From a virus, in the IMG/VR virus record IMGVR_UViG_3300004807_000018, positions 1 to 64,000 of that record: a stretch of DNA of 64,000 bases. One strand, written 5' to 3'. The translations under genes and the position numbers were made by a program. Below, piece by piece: positions 7,920-17,763 of this stretch; position 1 is the first letter of the stretch; each line of letters begins with the position of its first letter. The notes beneath the pieces were generated by a model. It saw nothing but the letters and a program-made list of their open reading frames with translations, made no database searches and was not told the DNA's origin.

Positions 7920-9331
7920 GCCGCTCCTTTCTTCAAAACTTTGACCCTCGCCTGGTTGAGGTTGAACATAAGCTGTGCAACCGGCCCCTCAGTCGGATGG
8001 AACACACGGGCGATTCCGCTGCGCCGGGATCCCACGTAAAGGTTGTTGTGGTGGTAGGCGTCGACTCCTGCGAGCGATGGCAGTTTGAGAACCTGCGTTC
8101 CCATCACGTCTTTGGCCGTGTAGTGATGCTTGTCGCCGGTCTGCGCTTCCCTGTAGATCGTCCTGCCCAACATTTCGGGCTGCTCGGTCGCCATCACTAA
8201 GGGCAGTTTCTCGACGTTGATCTTATTCCCGTGGACGTGGCAAAACATGTTCTTGTGCCACTCGAAGTACTGCCGGAGGTTAGGTGAATTGATGATTTCG
8301 ACCTCGTTTGCCTTGTGGTAGTGACACTCGATCGCCACGCCAGCGGTGAAGCAACTCAAGGTGTCGTGGTTGCCAGGCAGAAACATGACTGAGACAGGAG
8401 CCACGCTGAGCGCTCGGTCGATGGTCGCGATGAGAAGCTGGATCCCGCGCCGGTAGATCTTGTGGAACCGCCCGTCGTTGTCTTGCGGAGTGCCGGCCGT
8501 CGTCGTGCCAATAATGTTGTCTGAGTTGAAAAAATCGTGACCGATGATGAGATGCATGAGCGAGATCGGATAGACGTTGATCTTGCGCAGAAGGTCCTCG
8601 ACGGCCAGCATCCATATCTGCTCGGCTATCGCTAGATCGTAGTCGTTACCCACCTCTTCGGCCCAGCAGAGCTTGCCTAGGTGAATGTCAGTCAGGTTGA
8701 GGATCGCCAGGTGCCCTTCATCCTCAAAGGGTTCGCGCTGCAGATCGAAATAGACAGGCGCGTGGGCTTTGCACTCGTCAATCAGCCATTGGAAGTCTTC
8801 ACGGTCGCTGGCTGCCTGTTTGCGATAGACAAAGGTCGCCTCGATCTTCCATTGAGGCGTGATTTGAACGTCGTGTTGCGCGTTCTTGGACGCCTGTTCC
8901 CACTGGCCGCACTTCCAAGTCTTGACCTCCCAGACGGTAAGGTCTGCCTCGCAGTACTCAAGAAGCTCCTCAAGAGTTCGGATACGCTTGTTGACAACCG
9001 CCGAGAACTTCCACTCGTCTTCCGAGAATGTTTCGTTGCGCCACTCTTTGGGCTGATCGTCCTGCTCGCTGAGCGCCAACGATTCCGCTTCTTTGGCCAG
9101 TCGCTCGAACTCGGCCTCCTCTTCTAGGCTGAACGACCTTTTTAGGCTGTACAAGCATTGAAAGCCTTCGCGCCGGTCAATACGGTTTAGGTTCTGGGCA
9201 ATCGAATCGAGCGACCGACCAGGGAAAAGCGCGTGCAGCCGATCCGCAGCAGCCTTCTTTCCTTTAATGTTGGCGCACGGGCGCAAAAGGCGCAGTCGCC
9301 TTATCTCTGCTTCTGAATAGTTCGGACCCAT
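7916..9331 (-). CDS. Calcineurin-like metallophosphoesterase
   Basis: DIHLG, GHDFFN, GNHD, HVHG, GDKHH metal-binding motifs. Confidence 0.85.
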   Translation of the reverse strand: MGPNYSEAEIRRLRLLRPCANIKGKKAAADRLHALFPGRSLDSIAQNLNRIDRREGFQCLYSLKRSFSLEEEAEFERLAKEAESLALSEQDDQPKEWRNETFSEDEWKFSAVVNKRIRTLEELLEYCEADLTVWEVKTWKCGQWEQASKNAQHDVQITPQWKIEATFVYRKQAASDREDFQWLIDECKAHAPVYFDLQREPFEDEGHLAILNLTDIHLGKLCWAEEVGNDYDLAIAEQIWMLAVEDLLRKINVYPISLMHLIIGHDFFNSDNIIGTTTAGTPQDNDGRFHKIYRRGIQLLIATIDRALSVAPVSVMFLPGNHDTLSCFTAGVAIECHYHKANEVEIINSPNLRQYFEWHKNMFCHVHGNKINVEKLPLVMATEQPEMLGRTIYREAQTGDKHHYTAKDVMGTQVLKLPSLAGVDAYHHNNLYVGSRRSGIARVFHPTEGPVAQLMFNLNQARVKVLKKGAA

Positions 9332-9345
9332 TCGGCCTCCTAGTC

Positions 9346-9482
9346 AAAAAGGCCTCGAACTTGTAAGAGTCTCTTACAGGTTCGAGGAGCAGTAGTCAAG
9401 GATTCCTTGATTGCTAGTGAAGGAGGGGCAGTCGGCCCTTGGACGAGCCCCAAGTATTCGGAAAATTCGAACAGTTGGGGGC
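9346..9482. repeat. Cluster of three intergenic palindromic hairpins (the first is terminator-like on the - strand)
   Basis: Inverted repeats at 9353-9387, 9394-9412 and 9447-9482. Confidence 0.7.
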
Positions 9483-9500
9483 AAGTGTTTTAGGGTGTCG

Positions 9501-11387
9501 TTACTGAGCGTGAGCGTTGACCAGGGTGTTCAAAACCTTTTGAGCCGTGGGGTTGTACACAGCGCAATAGGCAAAACTTCTGGCCGTCGAATCACCGATG
9601 TTGACCGACACGGGATAGCTTTGGTTCGCAGGTTCTGGATACCATTTGAAGGAACCATCCGCGCGAAACGACCACCGAGGACCGTTCACGTTGTATTGCA
9701 AGTTATAAAGATTGTCCTGAACACTAGGAATGGCTATTCCAATGAACACGCCAGCTAGCCACGATTTAGAGCTATAAGCCGCGCCCCAGGTTGAGGCACC
9801 ACCGTAGTACAGCGTGTCCGCAGAATTGTAGGGTGGCGACTGTGCCAGCGTTGCCGTCAGCCAGCCGGTGTTTCCCGTAGCCACCTGATCGAAATAGGTC
9901 GCCATAAGGATGTGCTGGTTGGTAGGCGGCAGGGTGCTTGAAACACCAAGCGCCAGCATCCCCGCGTAGTCCTCGCCCGTCTGCATCGCTTGTTGCCACA
10001 AAGGGGACACCGTGGCTTGCATCACGCTCGTTCGATCCGAGCGAAACGACAATTTGGTCGTCAATTTGCACACGGAAGCCCGAATGGTTGCGCCATTTGC
10101 AATGGTCGCCGAAGAGCTGATCGTCAGCGTTCCCGCCCCGCTTGTGGCCGACGTAGCAGTCACAGCGTAGGCCGTTCTGGTCGCGGTGTTGCCCGTTCCA
10201 GACTCCACAACGAGATAAGGGTACGTACCGTCAGGCTGCAACGGAAACAGAGCACAGTTGCCAATCGGAACCGACGTTGAAGCCGTGACCGTTGACGTTG
10301 TGGTCGTGCTCGTAAGCGACGGGTGAACTAGAGCCTCGACGTTGGCCCAGTCAAACTCTTGGCAAGGTTGCCACTGCCCAGCGACTGGCGTGTAGGCTGA
10401 CCCGTCAATTAAGACCGTGTTGGAAATCGGAGCCTGGTAGCCATGGACGTTAGAAAGGAAAGTCCAAGTTCCACCTGACGGGGTGCAGTTGATTGCCGAG
10501 ACGATAGCCGATCCGTCGCTCCACCAGTCGTTCTCGACCCCGATGTACATGGGATAAGCGTTAGGCCCAGGCTGAAGACCAGGATACGAGCAATAGATCC
10601 CGTTAATCGTGACTTGACTGCTTGACGATCCCGACTCGTTGGTTCCTGTGGGCGCGATGACAATCGTGTGATTTGCGCCCGTGGTTCCAAAGTTGCCAAG
10701 GTAATACTGATTGGACCCGTTTGCAAACCCAGGGTCGTACAACTCAATGAACGATGAGCCGATCTGCCCGGAGGAAAACCAACCAGACGAAACCATCGCG
10801 CTGGTGACCACCGGAAGACCCGGAGCTGGGTTGCCGTCCACTGTGACGATTGCAAACCCACCGCCCGACCGGCACACACCGTCAATGGCGAAGTCAGTCC
10901 CGTAACTTGTGAATGTTAGGGTTGCACTTGACGATGTGGAATAGGTCGCAGTGCCGCCAGCAATCGAGCCACCCGCGGAGACAGCGCCTCCGCGGACGAA
11001 TAGACCGCTGGTCGTATAGCTTGTCCACGTACCGCTCTTAGTCGCAGTGGACTGGTTTTGAAGCTTTGCGATCTTCGCGACACCCTGGCCGGTACACCAC
11101 TGCACACCGTTACCAAGCCCATCCCGAAACCAGAAATCCTGATACAACCCTGGCCCAAACTGGCAAAGAACATGATTCGTTTTGTAGTGCGGATCAGCCG
11201 ATATCGTCGTGTTTGGGTCATACCACAGCCAAGTCGTGCCCTTTGGCGCAGGGCTTGATCTGAGCACGTCGGCGGGCGAAGATAAGCTCGTATACCGGGA
11301 ATCCCCCGCGCCGTAGGTTAAGCCGCTTTGCGCCATATCGAGACATGAAAGCAGCAAAGCAAAAAGAACAACGAAACGCCTAACCAC
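9501..11387 (-). CDS. Ser/Thr/Gly-rich beta-rich protein with signal peptide (628 aa); virion-appendage or exported protein
   Basis: N-terminus MVRRFVVLFALLLSCLDMA; carbohydrate-binding-like beta segments; end of the tail region. Confidence 0.65.
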   Translation of the reverse strand: MVRRFVVLFALLLSCLDMAQSGLTYGAGDSRYTSLSSPADVLRSSPAPKGTTWLWYDPNTTISADPHYKTNHVLCQFGPGLYQDFWFRDGLGNGVQWCTGQGVAKIAKLQNQSTATKSGTWTSYTTSGLFVRGGAVSAGGSIAGGTATYSTSSSATLTFTSYGTDFAIDGVCRSGGGFAIVTVDGNPAPGLPVVTSAMVSSGWFSSGQIGSSFIELYDPGFANGSNQYYLGNFGTTGANHTIVIAPTGTNESGSSSSQVTINGIYCSYPGLQPGPNAYPMYIGVENDWWSDGSAIVSAINCTPSGGTWTFLSNVHGYQAPISNTVLIDGSAYTPVAGQWQPCQEFDWANVEALVHPSLTSTTTTSTVTASTSVPIGNCALFPLQPDGTYPYLVVESGTGNTATRTAYAVTATSATSGAGTLTISSSATIANGATIRASVCKLTTKLSFRSDRTSVMQATVSPLWQQAMQTGEDYAGMLALGVSSTLPPTNQHILMATYFDQVATGNTGWLTATLAQSPPYNSADTLYYGGASTWGAAYSSKSWLAGVFIGIAIPSVQDNLYNLQYNVNGPRWSFRADGSFKWYPEPANQSYPVSVNIGDSTARSFAYCAVYNPTAQKVLNTLVNAHAQ

Positions 11388-12705
11388 CGTACGCCTCCAC
11401 TCCTAGACCCGTGCCCGAAGACGCAAGTGTCAACACACCGCTCGTGGTTGACCACGCATACCAAAGCCCGGTGCTGTTCGTAATCCAGTCCTCGCCGAAC
11501 TGCCTCACGTTCTCTGTGGGCGACGTCGAGATTCCGAACGGAACCATCACCTGAGCGATTGGCACAGAGTTGTTTGCGGGGAGGCTTGACGCATCGAACA
11601 CCATGAGATACAGAGTCGTACTGCTGGCGTTGTCACCTATAAGCCTCGAGAGGAAGTGAGCCCCGCTTGCAATCTGTCCGTTTGTAGCACCCAAAGCCGC
11701 ACCTAAGAGGGTAATGGCCTTGCCAACCTTGAGCTTTCCGCTACCTACCGTGCCTGCCAGAGTCGCGAGGTTGCCGCCTTCTTGAGCAGCGCCCGATGGC
11801 AACGGAAGTGATGCGGCAGAAATAGGTTGAGCACTTGCGAACTGGGTGTAAAGGGGGTTGCCCGATCCGACCGCGCTGCCACCCTGCAATTGGGTTACCA
11901 GGTCGTTCAGCGTTTGAGCTGTCGTAGAACGCAGAGTTCCACTTACGCTTCCGCTGCCAGTCCAAGAAAGCTGGACGTTTGAAACGCCGCCCATGGCCAC
12001 AATCGAGTAGCCGCCCGTGGAAGTAGCCACCGCCTGAATCGCACCTGAGGGGGTTACGAAGTTAGTCGCAATCCAGTGAGATCCGCCGTCGTATGAAACG
12101 TAAGGAGTGATCGTCTCGGAACCGGTCACCGTGAGGTAGCATCCCGCGCCGTAGTAACCGACCAGTGAATTTGAGGCGGTGCCGGTCGCGCCTGCCGTCA
12201 GAGTCGTGATCAGGTCTGAGGAAATGACTGAGACGTTCGAAGCGCCACTTGTCGATTTGGCATAGGTCTGCAGCCTCGTGCCAGCCGACGCCGGAGCAGT
12301 CTTTTCGACAATGGTGGCCGCCTGCGTCCCAGAGTTCGATGCGAGGTAGATGACGCTCGTCTGCCCTGTCTCTGCTCCGCCGATGATCTTGTCGCCGGGG
12401 TTCAGGTAATAGGCCAGCGGATTGGAAGTGACCGCGGCAAGGTTTGCCGGTGGCGTGGCTGCAGCCGGAAGGATGAGCACCCACACGCCATCGGTGTTGG
12501 TTGTGGCCGTGCCGATGTCGGCGGCTACTCTTGAACTGGATCCAGCGACCGAGCCCGAGAAAGCTTGGTAAGGAGTCGTCGAAAGCGCCGACTGGTAGTC
12601 GATCGATCCGATTTTGGGAATCTGCCTCGCAAAGTTTGCGCTTGCCAAAATAGGCAGCAAAGCCAGCGCCAAGATGGCCGCGAGGATTTGTGTCTTGAGT
12701 TTCAT
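11380..12705 (-). CDS. Ser/Thr/Gly/Ala-rich protein with signal peptide (441 aa)
   Basis: MKLKTQILAAILALALLPILASA signal peptide; QPISAASLPLPSGAA segment typical of phage fibre-like proteins. Confidence 0.7.
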   Translation of the reverse strand: MKLKTQILAAILALALLPILASANFARQIPKIGSIDYQSALSTTPYQAFSGSVAGSSSRVAADIGTATTNTDGVWVLILPAAATPPANLAAVTSNPLAYYLNPGDKIIGGAETGQTSVIYLASNSGTQAATIVEKTAPASAGTRLQTYAKSTSGASNVSVISSDLITTLTAGATGTASNSLVGYYGAGCYLTVTGSETITPYVSYDGGSHWIATNFVTPSGAIQAVATSTGGYSIVAMGGVSNVQLSWTGSGSVSGTLRSTTAQTLNDLVTQLQGGSAVGSGNPLYTQFASAQPISAASLPLPSGAAQEGGNLATLAGTVGSGKLKVGKAITLLGAALGATNGQIASGAHFLSRLIGDNASSTTLYLMVFDASSLPANNSVPIAQVMVPFGISTSPTENVRQFGEDWITNSTGLWYAWSTTSGVLTLASSGTGLGVEAYGG

Positions 12706-12725
12706 GGGTTGAGCCTCGGATAAAC

Positions 12726-12752
12726 AAAAAGGCCCAGCTTAGAAAGCTGGGC
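12726..12752 (-). terminator. Intrinsic terminator
   Basis: GCCCAGCTT-aga-AAGCTGGGC stem followed by CTTTTT on the - strand. Confidence 0.7.
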
Positions 12753-12793
12753 GAGGCGGGCAGGCAGAATCCTGCGGGCTGGACAGGTGGACC

Positions 12794-13111
12794 CTAGTAG
12801 TAGTTGGTTCCGTCCGAATCGACGACGCCTTTTGCGCCGTTTGCGACCGTGACCGTTGCGCCGGTAGCACCACCGACAACGAGGTTGTGCCCACCAGTGG
12901 TCGCGTTGATGACCGTAAAGTGTGCGCCTGCCACGAGAGGCAGGGTGATGTTTCGGTCAGCCGTCAAAGCTCCTGTGAGCTTGATCGTCGGATAGACAAA
13001 CTGAGCCGCAGAAAGGACGAGGTTGGCGTCAGTCATCGCGATTGACAGGAAGCCGAACGCGAGAGGCACCGAAGCGCCAGGGTTGCCGTTAAGGGAGTCG
13101 GTTTGAATCAT
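12794..13111 (-). CDS. Tail fibre-associated small protein
   Basis: IKLTGALTADRNITLP...VINATTGG...VDSDGTN domain typical of fibre proteins; probable ATG at 13111. Confidence 0.65.
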   Translation of the reverse strand: MIQTDSLNGNPGASVPLAFGFLSIAMTDANLVLSAAQFVYPTIKLTGALTADRNITLPLVAGAHFTVINATTGGHNLVVGGATGATVTVANGAKGVVDSDGTNYY

Positions 13112-13115
13112 GATC

Positions 13116-13889
13116 TTAGGATTTGACACGTAGGAGCCCAGTTGCCACGACAACCGAACCAGGGGGAGAACTTAGAGGCCCGATGACCTCTTTGGAGTAG
13201 CCTGCGGGGATGAACACTCGGTCTCCGGAGACCAGTGAGACTTTGTCCGGCATGATCGTCCCGCCGAGAAGCGAGTACCGGGAGCCATCCCAAAGCCACA
13301 CGCCCGAAGGGCAATCGGTGATAAACGCCGTCGATGCTGAAGGGGAATCTCCGGGCATGCCCTGGTCAGCCGTAAATCTGACCGCGATGCCACCAATGAG
13401 GTACGTGACCCCGCTCATGTCCACCGAGGTGATGTTGCCGCCCGAAGTAGCGCACTGCCCGAGGTAGATCGCGCCTGTTGCAGGCGAAGCGGTCGTAGCC
13501 GTCAGGGTAATCGTCTGATTCCTCAGCAGCCAAACGTAGGTGTTCGCCGTGTTGTTTGGCACTACGACAGTGCCTCCGGCATACTCGATAGGACCAAGAG
13601 ACGAGCCGTGACCGGCTGCAATGGGCAAGCTTAGACCGCTGCCAGGCACCGAGAGCAGACAGTCGCCATAGTTCAGCCCAACACCGTTGCCACCGATCGC
13701 CGACGCGATCGACGCCTGCGAGAGGACTTGATTGAGAAGGGTTGGAACCCCACTCGTCATGTTCGTCGCAAAGCTTGAGTACGGAGGGCTAGGTGCTGTG
13801 GAAAACGTGGCCGTGCATCCTGCGACGGACGGCAATGCTCCAACAGGAGATGGCACAGGAACCTGCGCAGCGGTGAAAAGGTAGCTCAT
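13116..13889 (-). CDS. Minor tail/baseplate protein (257 aa)
   Basis: Position in the tail cluster, beta-rich. Confidence 0.6.
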   Translation of the reverse strand: MSYLFTAAQVPVPSPVGALPSVAGCTATFSTAPSPPYSSFATNMTSGVPTLLNQVLSQASIASAIGGNGVGLNYGDCLLSVPGSGLSLPIAAGHGSSLGPIEYAGGTVVVPNNTANTYVWLLRNQTITLTATTASPATGAIYLGQCATSGGNITSVDMSGVTYLIGGIAVRFTADQGMPGDSPSASTAFITDCPSGVWLWDGSRYSLLGGTIMPDKVSLVSGDRVFIPAGYSKEVIGPLSSPPGSVVVATGLLRVKS

Positions 13890-13890
13890 A

Positions 13891-16800
13891 TCAGTAGTCC
13901 CGGATCCAAGATCGAGCGTTGTCGATCGAATGCCAAATCGAAGGAGCAGTCTCGCCGTCTATCACTGGCGTCCACGTCAGATACCTCGGTGAGTTGGCTG
14001 CAGCTTCAACGTCAGACCACCCGCCGTCAGCGACGTGAATCGGGTTGCCCGAGTTGTTCACAAAAGTGAAAGGGCTGCTCCAACTCGTATTGCCGTCTCC
14101 ATCGCGGTAGATGGCTTTCTGCACTCCGCGCCCTGAGGTGCCGGAGTCGTATTCAAACCATGTGACGCCGGCAGAGCCTCCAATGGCTTCGTGCCAGCCG
14201 TCCGGAGCGATAGCGTTGCTCATAAGCAGAGTCCCCGAGTCAAAGTTGTTTCCGTCGTCGTCCGAATACAGTTCATAGATGCTGTAGGTGCCGGTGTGGC
14301 TCAGCCGAAGCACGAGGAGGTAGATCCGCATGGATCCGTCGAGGAACATTCGCGCATACTGGACGTCGCCGAAGCTCGTAACCACTCCGCTAACCGCCCA
14401 CCCTGTGCGGGCATTGACTGTGTCGGCACGCTGGTAGAGCACGTCACCGTCCGAGTTCACCGAAGCGACGTGAATGCGGCCGTACTGGTCCTGAATGTGC
14501 CACGGGCTATGGCTGACGACGTGCTTCGAGAGGATCCCAAAATAGCCATGCCACGGGGCAACGTGCGCCCAGGTTGTTGATCCCGTCTTGAGGTTGAAAG
14601 TCGAGTCCTCGGAGTCTGTAACCGAGTGGATGTACTTGGCAATTGCCCATCCCGCAGGAGCTGTGTCGGATGAACTCCAAGGAGAACTGGAAGGAGGAGA
14701 AATCGAGGGAACGTTGGCACCCTGGGCCACGAGGTACCGGGCTTCCTGTGACCAATCCCAGACCACACCCGTGTACGGATCGCTCGGCGACCAGTCAGCG
14801 GGAGAGCGCCCACGAAACGGGAAAGCCCCGATAGGCGGAATCTCCGCGAACGAGTTGCATAGCGCGAACCGAACGGTCTTGTCGCCCGAGACGCTACCGT
14901 TCGGCAGAACAAACGAGATTCCGTCTTCGTCGCACTGAGCGATTGACTGTCCTTCGTAAGCATCGTACAAACTTGCGATCTCCGTGGTCAGAGAAGGCGC
15001 TCCGGTCGGCCCTCCGCCCGTGAGAGGATCAGCCGCAAGGAACACTGCCCGCTTGGTACATAGCGCGTCGACAATCGTAGATTTGTATCCGAGCCCGATC
15101 ACTTCAGGCGGCTGCTGGAACCCTAGCATTGGATCGTAGAAGATCCAGTTGCCCCAGCGAACTCCAGGCCCTGACGGGTAAAGCCAGTCCACGCACTGCC
15201 CAGATTCCCACACCTGCGTGGGTGGCTCGCTTGGGCCAATCCACTGCGGGTAGTGCAGCGTCATCGTGTGCGTGTGATCGGTTGGCGTTAGGGTGAACGT
15301 CAGCTTCGCGCAAGTCTTTCCTGGAAGGAGCTCAAATGCAAAACAGCGCGTTGGATCGGCCATTGTTGCCGCCGAGAGTCCACCTGATGGAACGTCCGTG
15401 CCTTGATCGCCTCCCGTGTAGCCGTCACCGTTGTCGATACCCCACGATCCCGCGTAGGCCGACGCTGTGACCGTTGGCCGCGAGTAAGTGCCCGCAGCGG
15501 TCGCAATCTGCTGACTTGTCCCATCGACGCCCACCATGGCCACGGATGCCGAAGCCACGTTGCCAGGCTCCCAACCTACCGTGATCTGGTTGCACAGATG
15601 CGGGTAGAGGTAGGGCATCACCGTCCAACTTGCGCAGTTCAAGGTCACCGTGCACGGCCCCGAGCCTGTCGGAGTGATCACGATGCCGCCACTGATGTAC
15701 GAGAGCGTGCAGTTTGTCCCGGAGAAAAGGGATGCCGACGCCGAGGTGTACGTGTAGCTCGATAGAGGGCTAACGTTCTCCGTGATCCAGCGATGGACGC
15801 CGATCAGCCTGAACGAACCGAACTCGGCATCAAGAAGGGGCGTGAGGCCGCCCTCGTCCCAGATCGAGGCGATGTTCGAGACCCGCGTGTGCGTGTTCTC
15901 TCCGCTTGGGAGGCTTGCCTGCTGGCTCTTTTGGTCCCTGATGCCCTTCCAATAGGCGTTGTCGACTGAACCGTCATCGAGTGGCCACTGCGTCTGCTCG
16001 CCGCTTCCATCGTTGGGTGGAAACCAGTGCGCGTACTGCCAGAGCGGATTGCCCCAGTAGTTCCAGTACCGCGCGATCGGGTCCTGATGGTATTGCCAGC
16101 CGGACATCTGCGGGTTGGACGTGGAGTCCTCAACTGTTGCCGGGAAGCTGAACGAGACGCTCTCGCTTTGGTTCACAAGATCGGCAAGGCCCGGCCAAGT
16201 CAGGATACAGTTTGCGGTTGGCGGTAGGTCAGGGTCGGGACATGTGAATGAGCCAGGCCCAGGCTGCCCAGGAGGCGGGCAGGCACAGAACGCGTACTCG
16301 TACACATACTCGTAGCCCTGAGACTGGCTCTTGCTGTGCCCCTGAGTCATCGGAGCGTAGCAGTTCAGTCCGAGCGGCTGCTCAATTGTGTGCGTACTGT
16401 CCGTGACTGATGCGAGGAACGCCGAGCCGGTTGGGTGAACCGTCGACGTGAGGCTTGCCGAGGTTGTGACGCCGTTGATGGTGCATGTCCGGCTGCCCGA
16501 ACTCGTGGTTTTGGGAAACCCGATCCGGTACCAGATCGAACGGTAGCCGCTTTGCATGCGGGCCACACCACGAGGGAGATCGGGCATCGCATAAGCTGAC
16601 CCGCCGTAGCTTTCCGAGATCGTGGTGTCCTTGTACACCTTGCGCTTTGCGACACCTGAAGATCCGTCGAGGTTGGTGCAGTACGAGGTGACTGTCACCG
16701 GCCCGTAGATCGGAGTCGTTCCGCAGAGGACCTCGTACTGCGTTTGTCCGGTCTGCTCGGTCACATACTCTCGTTTGGACTCGGAATAGCTGTACTGGCT

Positions 16801-17517
16801 GATGCTCACGCCATCCGTGCCGCTCGAAGAAACGTAGCCAAGGCCCAGTCCGTAAGGGCAGCCCGAGCCGGAAGGCAGCGAGACGCCTAGGATGGTCATG
16901 GGCAGTGACTGATCGCCAAACGCGTCACTGAATCCCCAGCCTCCGACAATCGACTGCGAAATCGAGCTCGAATAGTCGTAGGTCGTGGGCATCGTGCCGG
17001 GCAGCCCGTCCGTGGACGCTCCGCAAGAGCCCGAGACGAGCCCTGGAATGCCGCAATAGTTGATGTAAGACGGCCCGCAGCCGTTCGAAACCACGTCAAA
17101 CCCGCTGAGGGTTACGAGCAGGGTTCCGTTCATGTAGATGCCGATCGACGACACCACAAACCGCAATAGCCCTCCCGTGAGCTTGCAGTACACCTTTGTG
17201 CCGTTGAACTGCACCCTGCCACTGACCGCGCTCGAATAGCCGCTGATCGTGTGGCTGTACCCTCCGAACGGTGCACTGGGACCGTTGTAGGTCAGCGTCT
17301 GTGATCCGCCGCTGACGGTCGTGGCTGACACCTGAAGCGACACGAACGTAAGCAGCTCTGACCAGGCCGTACCGATCGCATCAGGCGTCCAGTTGGTCTG
17401 GATCGATGCCGAGTGAGAGTACTCCCCGGTGCCGATGCCGCTGTGCGACCCGGACGCGCTCGACTGGATATCGAAGTGATACGACGCCGAGTCAAAGATT
17501 TTCCCGTTGATGGGCAT
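13891..17517 (-). CDS. Large minor tail/host-specificity protein (1208 aa)
   Basis: Long S/T/G-rich ORF in the tail cluster, with a propeller-like C-terminus (YSDDDGNNF, HSIDNARSW Asp-box-like motifs). Confidence 0.7.
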   Translation of the reverse strand: MPINGKIFDSASYHFDIQSSASGSHSGIGTGEYSHSASIQTNWTPDAIGTAWSELLTFVSLQVSATTVSGGSQTLTYNGPSAPFGGYSHTISGYSSAVSGRVQFNGTKVYCKLTGGLLRFVVSSIGIYMNGTLLVTLSGFDVVSNGCGPSYINYCGIPGLVSGSCGASTDGLPGTMPTTYDYSSSISQSIVGGWGFSDAFGDQSLPMTILGVSLPSGSGCPYGLGLGYVSSSGTDGVSISQYSYSESKREYVTEQTGQTQYEVLCGTTPIYGPVTVTSYCTNLDGSSGVAKRKVYKDTTISESYGGSAYAMPDLPRGVARMQSGYRSIWYRIGFPKTTSSGSRTCTINGVTTSASLTSTVHPTGSAFLASVTDSTHTIEQPLGLNCYAPMTQGHSKSQSQGYEYVYEYAFCACPPPGQPGPGSFTCPDPDLPPTANCILTWPGLADLVNQSESVSFSFPATVEDSTSNPQMSGWQYHQDPIARYWNYWGNPLWQYAHWFPPNDGSGEQTQWPLDDGSVDNAYWKGIRDQKSQQASLPSGENTHTRVSNIASIWDEGGLTPLLDAEFGSFRLIGVHRWITENVSPLSSYTYTSASASLFSGTNCTLSYISGGIVITPTGSGPCTVTLNCASWTVMPYLYPHLCNQITVGWEPGNVASASVAMVGVDGTSQQIATAAGTYSRPTVTASAYAGSWGIDNGDGYTGGDQGTDVPSGGLSAATMADPTRCFAFELLPGKTCAKLTFTLTPTDHTHTMTLHYPQWIGPSEPPTQVWESGQCVDWLYPSGPGVRWGNWIFYDPMLGFQQPPEVIGLGYKSTIVDALCTKRAVFLAADPLTGGGPTGAPSLTTEIASLYDAYEGQSIAQCDEDGISFVLPNGSVSGDKTVRFALCNSFAEIPPIGAFPFRGRSPADWSPSDPYTGVVWDWSQEARYLVAQGANVPSISPPSSSPWSSSDTAPAGWAIAKYIHSVTDSEDSTFNLKTGSTTWAHVAPWHGYFGILSKHVVSHSPWHIQDQYGRIHVASVNSDGDVLYQRADTVNARTGWAVSGVVTSFGDVQYARMFLDGSMRIYLLVLRLSHTGTYSIYELYSDDDGNNFDSGTLLMSNAIAPDGWHEAIGGSAGVTWFEYDSGTSGRGVQKAIYRDGDGNTSWSSPFTFVNNSGNPIHVADGGWSDVEAAANSPRYLTWTPVIDGETAPSIWHSIDNARSWIRDY

Positions 17518-17524
17518 GGATCAC

Positions 17525-17761
17525 CTAGGCGTTCGGGGTTGCGGCCACAGTTCCACCACAGCCCGAGCAGGGCTGATTGGGGAGAATTGTCTGAGTGCTA
17601 GCTTTGGGCAGACCTTTGATGTACCGAGCAAGCTCCGCCGCGATAAGCGTTTGAGCGTCCTGCATGCGGCAAGTGCATCCAGTAATGGTGATGGTGAGCG
17701 TTCCGACCTCTTGGCCAGGATTCGCAACGCCAAGGTCGACGCTGATGGTTCGTGTTTCCAT
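17525..17761 (-). CDS. Hypothetical protein (78 aa)
   Basis: Fits between tail genes with short spacers. Confidence 0.6.
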   Translation of the reverse strand: METRTISVDLGVANPGQEVGTLTITITGCTCRMQDAQTLIAAELARYIKGLPKASTQTILPNQPCSGCGGTVAATPNA

Positions 17762-17763
17762 AC

